Below, piece after piece: positions 45,936 to 57,014 of a DNA stretch of 64,000 nt (position 1 is its first letter; each line of letters starts with the position of its first letter). This DNA is from an uncultured Dehalococcoidia bacterium. Lineage in GTDB: Bacteria > Chloroflexota > Dehalococcoidia > Lucifugimonadales > UBA3495. A program made the translations under genes and the position numbers. The stretch covers positions 95,795 to 159,794 of the forward strand of contig CAYFGT010000001.1 of NCBI GenBank assembly GCA_964343075.1, read 5' to 3'. The notes below the pieces were generated by a model, which saw nothing but the letters and a program-made list of their open reading frames with translations, made no database searches and was not told where the DNA came from.

Positions 45936-48401
45936 TTACCTTTTAGGGTCGGATTCTCTAATGAAAGAAGCGATAGATACAATATAGTCATCAGGTTCTC
46001 GGTCTCTCCATAATATTACGCCAGAAGTGTTTCGGTCTGATGTGCGGATTTGGTCTAAGTCAATTCGAACCAACTGAGCTTTTGAAGATATAATGAATAT
46101 ATCTTGACTGGTAGTGGTAGGAACTATTTTGGCAGCTGCCACGTTTCCCGTTTTGGAGGTTACTTTGAAAGTTCGGACACCTTGGCCCCCTCTTCCATGA
46201 ACAGAGTATTTTTCTAGAGCGGTTGCTTTCCCGTACCCTCTATTGCTTACAATTAGTAATTTGCTGTCATCAGTGATTTTGCCTACAGATATAACTTGGT
46301 CTTTTCCTAGTAACCGCATGCCTCGCACTCCGCCAGCACCTCTCCTTCGCGGGCTGAGAGTTGTCATAGAGAACCTCATTGCTTGACCATTCTGTGAGAC
46401 CATGATGATGTCATCCGAGTCATCAACTTGTTGGACTCCGACAAGTTCATCATCCGCTTTCAGATTCATAGCTATAAGCCCTTTTGCTCGGATATTTACT
46501 AATTCTCCTGCTCGTAGAGCTTTAACTTGCCCGTGCTTGGTTACTAGAACCATCAAATAGTCCTCTTTGGGATCTTTTACGGGTAGGATTGTTTGCACAG
46601 ACTCTCCTCGCTCGAGGGGTACTAAGTTTACTATTTGTGTGCCTCTAGTAGTTCTGGATGTGTCTTCTGGTATCCCAAATGCTCTTAACGGGTACACTCG
46701 GCCTCTATTAGTAAACAGTAGGATGTGGTCATGGGTGTCTGCGATGATAATATCCATTAACTCGTCATCATCTCTCGTAGACATACCTCGGACACCTTTG
46801 CCTCCTCTGTGTTGTGTTCGGTAAGTGTCACAAGGTACCCGCTTGATGTACCCTCGTTTACTTAGGGTGATTACAACATCTTTATGATCTATGAACTGTT
46901 CATCTGTTTGTTTTTGTACTTCTGTGTCGTGAATCACAGTCCTTCGAGGATTTCCGAACTGTTTATTTATTTCATCTGTTTCAGTCTTTACCTGATCAAG
47001 AATTTTCCCTTCATCGCCGAGTAATTCCTCTAATTCTTGTATTTCTGCGAGCAGGTCTTCATGTTCTTTTTCCAGTCTTTGTCGTTCTAGTGCCGCCAAA
47101 CGACGTAATTGCATATCTAGTATGGCTTGAGCTTGAATCTCAGATAAGGTCAAGGTTGACATTAGATTTTCGCGTGCTGCAGTTACATCATCTGATCCTC
47201 GGATGATCTCAATCACTTCATCCATTCGGTCTAGTGCCAACAGTAGGCCTTGTACTACATGATCTCTATCTTTGGCTTTTTGTAGTAAGAATTCTGATCT
47301 TCTGCGTATCACTTGCTGTCGGTGTTGAATGAACAATTCAATCATGCGTTTCAGAGGTAGTACTTGTGGTTGCCCATTTACTAATGCCAGCATGTTTGAG
47401 TTAAAGGAGTCACGTAGTTGCGTATGCCGATACAGGTTGTTGAGTGTAATATTGGGTTGAGCATCTCGTCGGAGTTCGATGACTATTCTCATTCCTTTGC
47501 GATCTGATTCGTCTCTAATATCAGAAATGCCTTGTATTCTTTTATCTCTGACGAGTTGTGCTATTTTTTCTACTAGGCTCGATTTATTAACCTGGTAAGG
47601 TAGTTCAGAAACGATAATACGTTGCCTACCATTTCGAGCTTCTTCTATATCTGTTGCTGCTTCCATGACGATGCGTCCACGGCCTGTGGTGTAGGTGTCT
47701 ACAATCCCGGATCTTCCTTTTATGATCCCTGCAGTTGGGAAATCAGGGCCTGGAACAATTCCTAACAGCTCATCACTTGTGCATGTAGGGTTGTCAATTA
47801 CATAGGTGATTGCTTGACATATTTCTGAAAGGTTGTGTGGAGGCATACTTGTAGCCATACCTACTGCTATTCCGGATGCCCCATTCACTAATAGTGTTGG
47901 AAGGCGGGTTGGCAATATTTGTGGTTCTTGTATGGAATCGTCAAAATTGAGATTGAAATCTACTGTATCTAGGTCTATGTCCGTCAGTTGCTGTTCGGCT
48001 ATCCTTGCCAGCCGGGCTTCGGTGTATCGCATGGCTGCTGGAGGGTCTCCGTCAACACTGCCGAAGTTGCCTTGACCATCGATTAATGGGTATCGCATAG
48101 AGAAGTCTTGAGCCATACGTACCATAGCAGCATATACTGAACTATCTCCATGGGGATGGTACTTCCCTAATACTTCTCCTACAATCCTTGCACTTTTCTT
48201 ATAGGAGCTATTTGCTCGTATCCCCATTTCGTGCATAGAGTAAAGGATTCGTCTCTGTACCGGTTTGAGCCCATCTCGTACATCTGGTAATGCGCGAGAA
48301 ACGATAACGCTCATGGCATAAGTTAAATACGATTCCCTCATCTCATCTTCTATTCTGATTGGTGATATTCTATCTGGAGGAGTTGGTTCAGTTGTAACCA
48401 T
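45936..48401 (-). CDS. gyrA: DNA gyrase subunit A
   Basis: [22 protein letters not shown] (active-site Tyr), C-terminal beta-pinwheel repeats with a GyrA-box-like [10 protein letters not shown]. Confidence 0.95.
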   Translation of the reverse strand: MVTTEPTPPDRISPIRIEDEMRESYLTYAMSVIVSRALPDVRDGLKPVQRRILYSMHEMGIRANSSYKKSARIVGEVLGKYHPHGDSSVYAAMVRMAQDFSMRYPLIDGQGNFGSVDGDPPAAMRYTEARLARIAEQQLTDIDLDTVDFNLNFDDSIQEPQILPTRLPTLLVNGASGIAVGMATSMPPHNLSEICQAITYVIDNPTCTSDELLGIVPGPDFPTAGIIKGRSGIVDTYTTGRGRIVMEAATDIEEARNGRQRIIVSELPYQVNKSSLVEKIAQLVRDKRIQGISDIRDESDRKGMRIVIELRRDAQPNITLNNLYRHTQLRDSFNSNMLALVNGQPQVLPLKRMIELFIQHRQQVIRRRSEFLLQKAKDRDHVVQGLLLALDRMDEVIEIIRGSDDVTAARENLMSTLTLSEIQAQAILDMQLRRLAALERQRLEKEHEDLLAEIQELEELLGDEGKILDQVKTETDEINKQFGNPRRTVIHDTEVQKQTDEQFIDHKDVVITLSKRGYIKRVPCDTYRTQHRGGKGVRGMSTRDDDELMDIIIADTHDHILLFTNRGRVYPLRAFGIPEDTSRTTRGTQIVNLVPLERGESVQTILPVKDPKEDYLMVLVTKHGQVKALRAGELVNIRAKGLIAMNLKADDELVGVQQVDDSDDIIMVSQNGQAMRFSMTTLSPRRRGAGGVRGMRLLGKDQVISVGKITDDSKLLIVSNRGYGKATALEKYSVHGRGGQGVRTFKVTSKTGNVAAAKIVPTTTSQDIFIISSKAQLVRIDLDQIRTSDRNTSGVILWRDREPDDYIVSIASFIRESDPKR

Positions 48402-48417
48402 AATTTATGTACCTCAT

Positions 48418-49116
48418 TTATATTTCTTGTGGTATTTGACTTCTTTCTACCAAAGCCATGAATAAATTTACAAATAATCTTGGTAGTTCATCTAATTTTT
48501 CAAGATTGAATTGAGTCGCAACAACCCATGAATGATTAGGACTTTCTAAGATTTCAATTAATCCATCGTCTACGGAATATGCCATTGCCATGAGATTATG
48601 GGATTTCTGCTTGTCGTAAATCCCGAATTCATGGTAGCTGTTAACCTTGAAAAAACCAGTCGTTCCCATAGTCGCAGACGTTTTTGCGCCGGGGGCTAGG
48701 AATATTTGGTGTTGATGGGTTGGAGTACCACTATTTTGTGCTTGTGAGTGATTTGATTGTAATGATACAGGCTCTTGTCCTCCTTCGACCATATTTAATA
48801 GATGAAGGCCGCGGCCAATGCACAATACAGGGAGATCTCGATCTAGCGCTTGTTGAATAATGTTCATCTCTCCCGACGAAAGAGTGTCTCTAGGGTCGTC
48901 TGTAAGGAATTGTGGTCCATCAGTCACCAGTAATCCGGTGGTATCAACTTCTAAGCGCCCTGATAGGACCTCGGTCTCGTCAATAAAACGGTAGTTTCCC
49001 CCGATATCATCTAGGGTATTAATACATAATGCGATATCTGATGGGTTTCTTTCAGCTGTTATTATCCCAATCTGTCCCATATCTAAAATATTATAATTGA
49101 AATGATGGGTATACAC
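48418..49116 (-). CDS. class-I glutamine amidotransferase / peptidase C26-like protein with a degenerate catalytic triad
   Basis: PVLCIGRGLHLLN where the family has PVLGICRGxQxxN, and VATQFNLEKL where it has GVQ(W/F)HPE. The likely real start is Met13 (first base 49080). Confidence 0.55.
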   Translation of the reverse strand: MYTHHFNYNILDMGQIGIITAERNPSDIALCINTLDDIGGNYRFIDETEVLSGRLEVDTTGLLVTDGPQFLTDDPRDTLSSGEMNIIQQALDRDLPVLCIGRGLHLLNMVEGGQEPVSLQSNHSQAQNSGTPTHQHQIFLAPGAKTSATMGTTGFFKVNSYHEFGIYDKQKSHNLMAMAYSVDDGLIEILESPNHSWVVATQFNLEKLDELPRLFVNLFMALVERSQIPQEI

Positions 49117-49246
49117 AGCTCGCAGGTGACACTGAGTCGTCGATTCTAAATTGATGCTTTATAATAGAGATAATAAAAAACCTAAGCTACTTAAGGATTT
49201 GTCTAATTTTATTTAATGATGACCCTGTAATCTATAGGAGATCTTT

Positions 49247-50350
49247 ATGGAAGAAGTTATAAAGGGTGCCGTTCAAGCTCTAAAAGAAGGTGAGCATTGC
49301 GTACTTGTTACAGTTGTCCGCACTCGGGGATCCACTCCTCAAAAATCTGGTGCTATGCTTTTAGTGAAAGAAGATGGTAGCGGGATTGGTACATTGGGTG
49401 GAGGATGTGTAGAGGGTGATATATGGTTTGCAGCGACGGAAATTTTGCAGAAAAACACCGGACCTGAATTCAAAGATTATTATCTAAATGAAGATATAGC
49501 TGCTAGAGATGGTCTTGTATGTGGTGGATCGATGTATTTCTTTTTGGATCCATTACATAACAGAGAAGACTTTGTTGGAATAGGTGAGAGACTTATAGAT
49601 GCCTATCAAGGGAAATCTCCTGTTACTTTGGCAACAGTTGTTCAAAGTGATAGAACTGATGTAAGCCCTGGAGCAAAACTGATTATTGGGGATGATTCCT
49701 CCATCTCAGGTACTCTGGGAGACGAGTCATTAGACAGTATTGCTACGGAAATTGGAAATGAAATCTCAGATGTTGGAGATTTACATAATTTAAACGCTGA
49801 TGAAAACGTAGAAATCTTTTTAGAAGGCTTTACAATCCCTCCGACACTGTGCATGGTCGGTGGCGGACATGTGGGCAAAGCAACTGCCGATTTGGCTGAG
49901 CAGTTAGGATTCAAAGTTATAGTTGTTGATGATAGAGAAGAGTTCTGTAATCCGGACAGATTTCCGTATGCCACTAAACTTGTACGTACCTCGTTTTCAA
50001 ATTGGTCTGATTTTTTGGATATACAGACTAATACTTTCGTAGTTGTAGCTACTCGAGGCCATAATTATGATGATTTGGCGCTTAGGTCGGCGTTAAATAC
50101 CAAAGCAAGGTATATAGGCCTCTTGGGAAGTAAAAGAAAGACCATTATGATCTACAAATTATTAGCTTCCGATGGGATCCCTCTCGATCGATTGAATCAG
50201 ATATATGCTCCGGTAGGATTGGATATAGGAGCGCTAACTCCAGAAGAAATTGCTTTGAGCATAATGGCAGAACTTGTGATGGTGAGAAGAAATGGTTCGG
50301 GTGCTTCCTTAACCATGGATAAAGATTATTTGGAAAGTTTGTTGTCTTGA
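49247..50350 (+). CDS. xdhC: XdhC/CoxI-family molybdoenzyme maturation protein
   Basis: CVLVTVVRTRGSTPQKSGAMLLV, GGGCVEG, Rossmann half MVGGGHVGKA. SD TAGGAG upstream. Confidence 0.8.
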   Translation: MEEVIKGAVQALKEGEHCVLVTVVRTRGSTPQKSGAMLLVKEDGSGIGTLGGGCVEGDIWFAATEILQKNTGPEFKDYYLNEDIAARDGLVCGGSMYFFLDPLHNREDFVGIGERLIDAYQGKSPVTLATVVQSDRTDVSPGAKLIIGDDSSISGTLGDESLDSIATEIGNEISDVGDLHNLNADENVEIFLEGFTIPPTLCMVGGGHVGKATADLAEQLGFKVIVVDDREEFCNPDRFPYATKLVRTSFSNWSDFLDIQTNTFVVVATRGHNYDDLALRSALNTKARYIGLLGSKRKTIMIYKLLASDGIPLDRLNQIYAPVGLDIGALTPEEIALSIMAELVMVRRNGSGASLTMDKDYLESLLS

Positions 50351-50353
50351 TTT

Positions 50354-50965
50354 ATGGCATCGAACCATAAAATAGGCGGTATCCTGCTGAGTGCGGGATT
50401 ATCAAGCCGTATGCATTCACATAAAGCACTACTCAGTTGGGGGTCAGAATCTCTGATAAGGTACCAGGTGACGACTTTACTTGGTGCTGGCGTCGATGAA
50501 GTTATCGTTGTATTGGGCCATGATGAAGAGAAGCTAAGAGCCCAGATTAAAGATATGGACAATGTAATTGGTGTAACTAATCAGGATTATTTGGAAGGTA
50601 AAACCACATCTCTAAAAGTAGGGGTGCGAATTGTGGAAGCACGGGATTGTTCAGATGTGTTGATACTCAATGTGGATCAACCTCGTTCGCCCCGAGTGAT
50701 TAAAGACATTATTAGGTTCCACCTGAATAACGACAAAGGTATAACGATTCCAAGATATAATCTTAGAGGCGGTCACCCAATAATAATATGCAAGCAGTAT
50801 TTCAGTTCCATAATGTCAATTAAAGAAGAAACCCAGGGATTAAAGCAGGTAATGTCGGATTTCAATCAAGATATAGCATATTATGATACGACCGATTCAG
50901 AAATTCTGATCGATATGAACTCTGAAGAACAATATATTTCTGCTAAAGCATTTTTTGAGATTTGA
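50354..50965 (+). CDS. MobA/MocA-like molybdenum cofactor nucleotidyltransferase
   Basis: IGGILLSAGLSSRM and LNVDQP motifs. Starts 3 nt after xdhC. Confidence 0.75.
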   Translation: MASNHKIGGILLSAGLSSRMHSHKALLSWGSESLIRYQVTTLLGAGVDEVIVVLGHDEEKLRAQIKDMDNVIGVTNQDYLEGKTTSLKVGVRIVEARDCSDVLILNVDQPRSPRVIKDIIRFHLNNDKGITIPRYNLRGGHPIIICKQYFSSIMSIKEETQGLKQVMSDFNQDIAYYDTTDSEILIDMNSEEQYISAKAFFEI

Positions 50966-51095
50966 ACAATCGACAAGTTTTTTTTCCATTCCAATACGTC
51001 ATATTCAAAGAACTTTATTATTAATCTTAGTGATACCGCGTATTTTGGAAGCTAGGATTTGTTCGACATGATGGTATAGACTAGCTACGCATTTG

Positions 51096-51124
51096 TTGAC
51101 AACGCGCTTCTATGTTGGTAATTT
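51096..51124 (+). promoter_or_regulatory. candidate promoter for the tRNA pair
   Basis: TTGACA (51096-51101), 17-nt spacer, TAATTT (51119-51124), 24 nt before tRNA-Lys. Confidence 0.35.
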
Positions 51125-51147
51125 GAACGCGTGAGTCATATTGTAAT

Positions 51148-51219
<72 letters not shown>

Positions 51220-51272
51220 CGAAGAATCTACATCGAGGGATCAAATGAAGGGAAGAGAAAAAGAGATCCTCC

Positions 51273-51357
51273 GGGGGAGTGTCGGAATTGGTAGACGAGC
51301 ATGACTTAGGATCATGTGCCTTTGGGCGTGAGAGTTCGAGTCTCTCCTTCCCCACCA
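51273..51357 (+). tRNA. tRNA-Leu (anticodon TAG), long variable arm, CCA encoded
   Basis: Acceptor GGGGGAG/CTTCCCC, anticodon stem CATGA/TCATG with loop CTTAGGA, long variable arm, T arm GAGAG-TTCGAGT-CTCTC, then ACCA. Confidence 0.9.
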
Positions 51358-51396
51358 AATAGGAAATGGACCAAATCAGTAGGAAGAGGTAGTACA

Positions 51397-52377
51397 TTGG
51401 CAACACTGTTAGAAGTTAAAGATCTGCGAACTTATTTTTACACCTATGAAGGTGTAGTGAAAGCCGTTGACGGTATATCTTATGAAGTCGAAGAAGGAGA
51501 AACCCTAGCTATAGTGGGTGAGAGTGGTTGTGGTAAAAGTGTTGGGGCATTGTCCTTAATGCGGCTTATCCCAGACCCGCCAGGGAAAATAATTGATGGT
51601 CAGATACTATTCGACGGTGAAGATGTTATGAAAGTTGATCCTGACGATATGAGAAGTATCAGAGGAGGTAAAATGTCAATGGTTTTCCAAGAACCTATGA
51701 CATCTTTGAACCCTGTACTCACTGTTGAACGTCAATTAAGTGAAACATTACAATTACATAAAGGCATGAGCAAGTCTGAATCGGCCAAAGAAGCGGTTAG
51801 CCTGCTTGAGAGAGTTGGGATCCCTGACCCTGAAAGAAGAGTGAAGCAATACCCACATCAATTTAGTGGTGGGATGAGACAAAGAGTTATGATAGCAATG
51901 GCTTTAAGCTGCAACCCAAGGCTTATCATTGCTGATGAACCCACAACAGCTTTGGATGTTACTATTCAAGCTCAAATTTTAGAGCTGATGAAATCACTCA
52001 CTACAGAATTTGGTGTGGCGCTCATAATAATCACACATAATTTGGGAGTGGTTGCTAGATACGCTGACAGAGTTAACATAATGTATGGCGGAAAAATCAT
52101 AGAAAGAGGCACTGCCGAAGAAATATATAGAGATCCCAAACATCCGTACACAAGAGGGTTGTTAAAATCAGTTCCTAGACTAGATCTGCCTAGGACTGAC
52201 AAATTGGATCCAATTGAAGGTCAACCGCCAGATTTGGTGGATCCTCCGACTGGGTGCGTATTTAGGGATCGATGTCCAGAGCCTACGGAAGAATGCAAGC
52301 AAGGTTCCATAGAAATGGGATTAGTAGAGGTGAGCCCAGGCCATTGGGTTGATCAATGTTGCATGCATTGTGGTTAG
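51397..52377 (+). CDS. oppD: oligopeptide/dipeptide ABC transporter ATP-binding protein (OppD/DppD type)
   Basis: Walker A GESGCGKS, signature FSGGMRQR, Walker B LIIADEPTTALD, oligo_HPY C-terminus. The ORF-track start 51316 lies inside tRNA-Leu, so the start was moved to TTG 51397 after AGGAAGAGG. Confidence 0.85.
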   Translation: MATLLEVKDLRTYFYTYEGVVKAVDGISYEVEEGETLAIVGESGCGKSVGALSLMRLIPDPPGKIIDGQILFDGEDVMKVDPDDMRSIRGGKMSMVFQEPMTSLNPVLTVERQLSETLQLHKGMSKSESAKEAVSLLERVGIPDPERRVKQYPHQFSGGMRQRVMIAMALSCNPRLIIADEPTTALDVTIQAQILELMKSLTTEFGVALIIITHNLGVVARYADRVNIMYGGKIIERGTAEEIYRDPKHPYTRGLLKSVPRLDLPRTDKLDPIEGQPPDLVDPPTGCVFRDRCPEPTEECKQGSIEMGLVEVSPGHWVDQCCMHCG

Positions 52378-52427
52378 AAGGCTAATTATAATTACAAATA
52401 TAAAGTCCACTAATTGGAGCGATTTAG

Positions 52428-53444
52428 ATGACAACTGAAACCAAAGACCAAGCTAAAGATACCTTATTAGAAGTGAATAACCTAAAGATGCATTTCCCTG
52501 TGACTGCGGGAATTGTATTCCAAAGAGAAGTTGCTAGTATCAAAGCGGTAGATGATATCAGCTTCGATGTTAAAAGAGGAGAAACATTTGGTTTAGTGGG
52601 AGAAAGCGGATGCGGTAAAACTACTACTGGGCGATGTATTTTGCAGTTGAATAAACCTACTTCTGGGTCGATAAAATTTGAAGGAGAGGAATTAACCGAG
52701 TTTTCTAATACACAAATGAGATCTATGAGAAAAGAAATGCAGGTTATATTTCAAGATCCTTATAGCTCTTTAAATCCTCGTATGACAACAGGCGGAATCG
52801 TAGGAGAGCCTTTGGTGGTTCATGGCTTGGTAGATGGTAAGAATGAATATAAGGACCGAGTAGAGGAGTTACTTACTAATGTCGGCTTGAATCCTTATAT
52901 GGCAGAACGGTATCCTCACGAATTTAGCGGTGGTCAGAGGCAAAGGATCGGTGTTGCACGAGCGCTATCTGTTAATCCCAAATTTATAGTGTGTGATGAA
53001 CCAGTATCAGCACTTGATGTATCAATTCAAGCTCAATTGATCAATTTGCTGGAAGAATTACAGCAACAACTACAACTGACTTATTTGTTCATTGCGCATG
53101 ACTTATCAGTGGTGCGCCATATAAGTAACAGAGTGGCAGTGATGTATCTAGGACATATTGTAGAAATTGCTGATAGAGACACAATTTACGCTAATCCTAT
53201 TCATCCGTACACCCGTGCGCTATTGTCAGCTGTACCTATACCAGATCCTGTGATTGATGCCCAGAGAGAAAGAGTATTGTTAGCTGGAGATGTTCCATCC
53301 CCACTAAATCCTCCTTCAGGATGTGTATTTAGAACTCGGTGTCCTAATCCAACTGATGAATGCAGAGATGGGAATACTACAATGGGTTTGGTAGAGGTTA
53401 ATCCAGGTCATTGGGTGGACCAGTGCTGCGTAAACTGCGGATAA
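52428..53444 (+). CDS. oppF: oligopeptide/dipeptide ABC transporter ATP-binding protein (OppF/DppF type)
   Basis: Walker A GESGCGKT, signature FSGGQRQR, Walker [13 protein letters not shown], Cys-rich C-terminus. Confidence 0.85.
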   Translation: MTTETKDQAKDTLLEVNNLKMHFPVTAGIVFQREVASIKAVDDISFDVKRGETFGLVGESGCGKTTTGRCILQLNKPTSGSIKFEGEELTEFSNTQMRSMRKEMQVIFQDPYSSLNPRMTTGGIVGEPLVVHGLVDGKNEYKDRVEELLTNVGLNPYMAERYPHEFSGGQRQRIGVARALSVNPKFIVCDEPVSALDVSIQAQLINLLEELQQQLQLTYLFIAHDLSVVRHISNRVAVMYLGHIVEIADRDTIYANPIHPYTRALLSAVPIPDPVIDAQRERVLLAGDVPSPLNPPSGCVFRTRCPNPTDECRDGNTTMGLVEVNPGHWVDQCCVNCG

Positions 53445-53540
53445 AGGACGAATAATTATCCTAGGGATATATCACGACAGAATAAAATAAAACGTGTATC
53501 ATCTTAACTATGGGTAATACTATTTACGATGTAGTTCAAT

Positions 53541-55379
53541 ATGGATCTTAGCAAGATACGAAATTTCTCTATTATTGCACATATCGATCACGGAAAGTCG
53601 ACACTAGCTGATCGGTTTCTAGAGATTACTAGTACTGTGCGCCCTCAGGATATGAAAGCTCAATTTCTAGACAGGATGGATTTAGAAAGAGAACGGGGTA
53701 TCACCATCAAAGGTAAAGCTGTTTCTATGAATCACATTGGTTCTGATGGTGAAGAATACCAATTAAATCTGATTGATACTCCTGGGCACGTAGATTTTAG
53801 CTATGAAGTATCTCGTTCACTGGCGGCCTGTGAAGGAGCTTTACTGGTAGTAGATGCAAGCCAAGGGATTGAAGCTCAGACTATAGCCAATGCATTGTTA
53901 GCTCTAGACTATGATCTCGTATTGATTCCGGTAATTAATAAAATTGATTTACCGCAAGCTGAACCAGATAGAGTAGCAGCCGAACTGATGCAAGTATTCG
54001 GGTTTCGTGAAGAAGAGATACTTTTCGTGTCAGCCAAAGAAGGTACTGGGGCGTTAAATATTCTTAATGAAGTCATCTCCAGAATACCAAAACCTTCAGG
54101 TACCCCAGATGGGGATTTCAGGGCCCTGATTTTTGATTCTGTCTATGATTCGTACAAAGGAATTATAGGATATGTGAGAGCAACAGACGGATATATCTCT
54201 GAAACTGATAAAATTAAAGTGATGTCCTCTGACAAGGAAGCAGATATTGTGGAGCTGGGTATTTTTAATCCGGCTCCTACACCTGTGAAAACATTATATG
54301 CTGGGCAAGTTGGATATGTGGCAACTGGATTCAAAGATGTTAAAGAATGTTCTGTTGGAGATACTTTAACCAATTCGTTGCATTCCGCGAAAGAACCACT
54401 AGAAGGATATAAACCTCTTAAATCTATGGTTTTTGCAGGTTTATATCCTTCTGATGGAGAAGATTATGATAATTTGAGAAGTGCATTACAGAAACTTCAA
54501 CTGAACGATGCTTCTCTGACTATGCAGCCAGAGAATAGTACCGCACTTGGGTTCGGATTTAGATGTGGCTTTTTAGGGTTGATGCATTTGGAAATAGTCC
54601 AAGAAAGACTTGAACGTGAATATAATTTAGATATAATCGCCACTTCACCCAATGTCTCATATAAGGTGTTCTTGCGATCCGGGGATGAACTGATTGTAGA
54701 AAACCCTACATACTTTCCTAATCCGTCTGAGATTGATCATATAGAAGAACCTATGCTTAGATTAACCATAGTCGTTCCTAGTAAATTTGTAGGGGCTGTG
54801 ATGGAATTGATGCATAGTAAGAGATCTGAGTATATCAGAATGGAATACATCCAATCTCTACCTGGAGAGGACGACTCGTTAGAAAATAACGCTACAGGTA
54901 GAGTTATGATGGAATACATGATGCCATTGTCTGAAATGATTACCGATTTTTATAATCAAATAAAATCAAAAACTCAAGGATATGCTTCAATTGACTATTC
55001 ATTTGATGGGTATCAGACTTCCCAGTTGATTAAAATAGATATATTAGTTAATAAATATGCCGTCGAAGCGCTATCTATGATTGTTCATAAAGACCAAGCT
55101 GTACATTATGGTAGATCGTTGGTTAGTAAACTGCATGGCACTATTCCAAGACAGATGTTTGAAGTTCCAATTCAAGCTTCTATAGGCGGCAGGATTATTG
55201 CAAGGGAGACTGTTAGAGCAGTTCGAAAAGACGTTTTAGCAAAGTGTTATGGTGGTGATATTACTCGGAAAAGAAAATTGTTAGAGAAACAAAAAGAAGG
55301 AAAAAAGCGCTTAAAAAGTATAGGTCGTGTAGAAGTACCTCAAGAAGCGTTTCTTACTTTAATGAATATTAATTCGTAA
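53541..55379 (+). CDS. lepA: elongation factor 4
   Basis: IRNFSIIAHIDHGKSTL, DTPGHVDF, NKIDL and the LepA-specific C-terminal domain (CYGGDITRKRKLLEKQKEGKKRLK). Confidence 0.95.
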   Translation: MDLSKIRNFSIIAHIDHGKSTLADRFLEITSTVRPQDMKAQFLDRMDLERERGITIKGKAVSMNHIGSDGEEYQLNLIDTPGHVDFSYEVSRSLAACEGALLVVDASQGIEAQTIANALLALDYDLVLIPVINKIDLPQAEPDRVAAELMQVFGFREEEILFVSAKEGTGALNILNEVISRIPKPSGTPDGDFRALIFDSVYDSYKGIIGYVRATDGYISETDKIKVMSSDKEADIVELGIFNPAPTPVKTLYAGQVGYVATGFKDVKECSVGDTLTNSLHSAKEPLEGYKPLKSMVFAGLYPSDGEDYDNLRSALQKLQLNDASLTMQPENSTALGFGFRCGFLGLMHLEIVQERLEREYNLDIIATSPNVSYKVFLRSGDELIVENPTYFPNPSEIDHIEEPMLRLTIVVPSKFVGAVMELMHSKRSEYIRMEYIQSLPGEDDSLENNATGRVMMEYMMPLSEMITDFYNQIKSKTQGYASIDYSFDGYQTSQLIKIDILVNKYAVEALSMIVHKDQAVHYGRSLVSKLHGTIPRQMFEVPIQASIGGRIIARETVRAVRKDVLAKCYGGDITRKRKLLEKQKEGKKRLKSIGRVEVPQEAFLTLMNINS

Positions 55380-55383
55380 TGAA

Positions 55384-55860
55384 TCATTTTGTCATATCGT
55401 AAATATGTTCCGACCAGTGACGTACAAATAGTCTGTCTAGTAACAGCCTAACCGATCGGTTTTCTTTAATCCCTCGTAGAGGGAAGCTGGTTTCAATGAT
55501 TAAAGTGTCTAATTGGACATCATTCAATTTTTTAAGAACTTTTAAGAACCCGGCTTGGAATTTGTTCAAATCATCCAAAATGGCGGATACGGTGAAATTA
55601 TTGCGGTCTACGTTCAAATTATCTAAATCAGGGACAATAGACAAAGTCGTTGACGAATTTTCGATTGCTTGATTTATCACGGTGTACAATCCATCTTTTG
55701 GAGTGTCGAGTAAATGGTAAATATGCTGACGTAGACTCCATTCGCTGTCCTTTAATGGCTTGTCTAAGTCACAATCAGGATTAGATATGACTGATGAAAT
55801 CGAATAGATAAAGGCGCGTAGTATGCTTTCGTAATTACTGTTGTTCAGTTCGAGTGTCAT
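55384..55860 (-). CDS. hypothetical protein, possibly DinB-like four-helix bundle
   Basis: Spaced His residues (HIYHLLDTP ... RHWSEHIYD) are reminiscent of the DinB superfamily. Weak call. Confidence 0.35.
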   Translation of the reverse strand: MTLELNNSNYESILRAFIYSISSVISNPDCDLDKPLKDSEWSLRQHIYHLLDTPKDGLYTVINQAIENSSTTLSIVPDLDNLNVDRNNFTVSAILDDLNKFQAGFLKVLKKLNDVQLDTLIIETSFPLRGIKENRSVRLLLDRLFVRHWSEHIYDMTK

Positions 55861-56627
55861 TTGTATAGTCCTGTAACAAGAGTTGGATTTTGGGAGGCAA
55901 ATATTGATGCAGATATCAGTCCTTTGGGGGTCCCGATGTCAAAATGATGGCCTTGAACCATATGGGCATGAAAATCTTGGGTTTTCATCATCTGGTTCAA
56001 ACTATCAGTGAGTTGTATTTCGTTATTTAGGGTAGGTTGTGCAGATTCTAAGTGTTGAAATATTGTAGGATCAAGGATATAACGTCCTATTACAGATAAA
56101 TTACTTGGTGCTTCGTTAGGTTCTGGTTTTTCTACTATATTGGTTATTTTATCTGCTTCTTTCTTTATAACTCCATAATTTTTTAACAAATGGCATGGTA
56201 CTTCTTTGATGCACAATATAGGATTGTCCAAATTAGCATGCATATTTATCATTCGTCTTAATGTGGGCACAGCAGAAAATATTATATCGTCAGGTAACAT
56301 CACTCCAAATGGCTGATTCCCTATGTACTCTCGTGATTGCAATATTGCATGTCCAAGTCCTGACGGAGCGTCTTGAATAACTTCAGTAGCGGAAATAGAT
56401 TCGTTTTGGTGGTCTATATTGAATTGTGATATCCATTCACTCAAAATTGGTTTTGATCTTGAGTTAATGATGATAAGTTCGGTAATACCAGAAGCAAGTG
56501 CTTCGGTCGTGATGTGTTGAAGGCCGGGTATATTTAGTACAGGAATAAGTTCTTTAGGCAGTATTTGGGTTATCGGATGGAATCTTGTCCCTAATCCTGC
56601 TGCAGGTATCACTACTTTGGTAATCAA
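55857..56627 (-). CDS. galU: UTP--glucose-1-phosphate uridylyltransferase-like sugar nucleotidyltransferase
   Basis: VIPAAGLGTRFHPITQILPKELIPV N-terminus. 256 aa, somewhat short for GalU. Confidence 0.7.
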   Translation of the reverse strand: MITKVVIPAAGLGTRFHPITQILPKELIPVLNIPGLQHITTEALASGITELIIINSRSKPILSEWISQFNIDHQNESISATEVIQDAPSGLGHAILQSREYIGNQPFGVMLPDDIIFSAVPTLRRMINMHANLDNPILCIKEVPCHLLKNYGVIKKEADKITNIVEKPEPNEAPSNLSVIGRYILDPTIFQHLESAQPTLNNEIQLTDSLNQMMKTQDFHAHMVQGHHFDIGTPKGLISASIFASQNPTLVTGLYK

Positions 56628-56699
56628 TCTGCTCTCTCTACTAATATTTTTGTAATGTTAACGCCATGATTAACAAATATAAAGTTAACAGTAACATTA

Positions 56700-56728
56700 T
56701 TGACACGCAAGGGGATCTTCAATAGGAT
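56700..56728 (+). promoter_or_regulatory. candidate promoter of the SRP RNA gene
   Basis: TTGACA (56700-56705), 17-nt spacer, TAGGAT (56723-56728). The predicted start near 56735 coincides with the 5' strand of the terminal helix. Confidence 0.5.
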
Positions 56729-56734
56729 AGAATT

Positions 56735-57004
56735 TGGTTGTGCTAGATGGGGAATTAGCGGAGCCCTGTACCTGCAATCCGCTAGAGCAGGATTGAATTC
56801 CTTACTTAGGGATAGGATTTCATCTCTCTAGTAGGTTTGATTATGTTGATGTTTGGGCCTCACGCGACAGAGCCCCACGAACCCCGCCAGGTCCGGAAGG
56901 AAGCAACGGTAAGTGGACCGCTTTGGGTGCCGTGAGAATACTCAAGCTGAGTAATAAAACCTATTATGGATGGAATACCAATTACGAAGTAAGGTGCACG
57001 ACCA
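56735..57004 (+). ncRNA. ffs: signal recognition particle RNA, long (Bacillus-type, Alu-domain-containing) form
   Basis: Domain IV core CCGCCAGGTCCGGAAGGAAGCAACGGTAAG. The Alu-domain segment GAGCCCTGTACCTGCAATCCGCTAGAGCAGG is almost identical in pattern to B. subtilis scRNA as I recall it. Terminal helix TGGTTGTGC (56735-56743) pairs with GCACGACCA (56996-57004). Further helix-5 pairs: CTTACTT 56801-56807 with AAGTAAG 56987-56993. Confidence 0.8.
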
Positions 57005-57014
57005 CCAATTATTT

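Noticed and set aside
50966-50995. T8 run after the mocA-like gene as a possible intrinsic terminator.
   Set aside because: I could not find a convincing GC-containing stem immediately upstream of the T-run, so it is not called.
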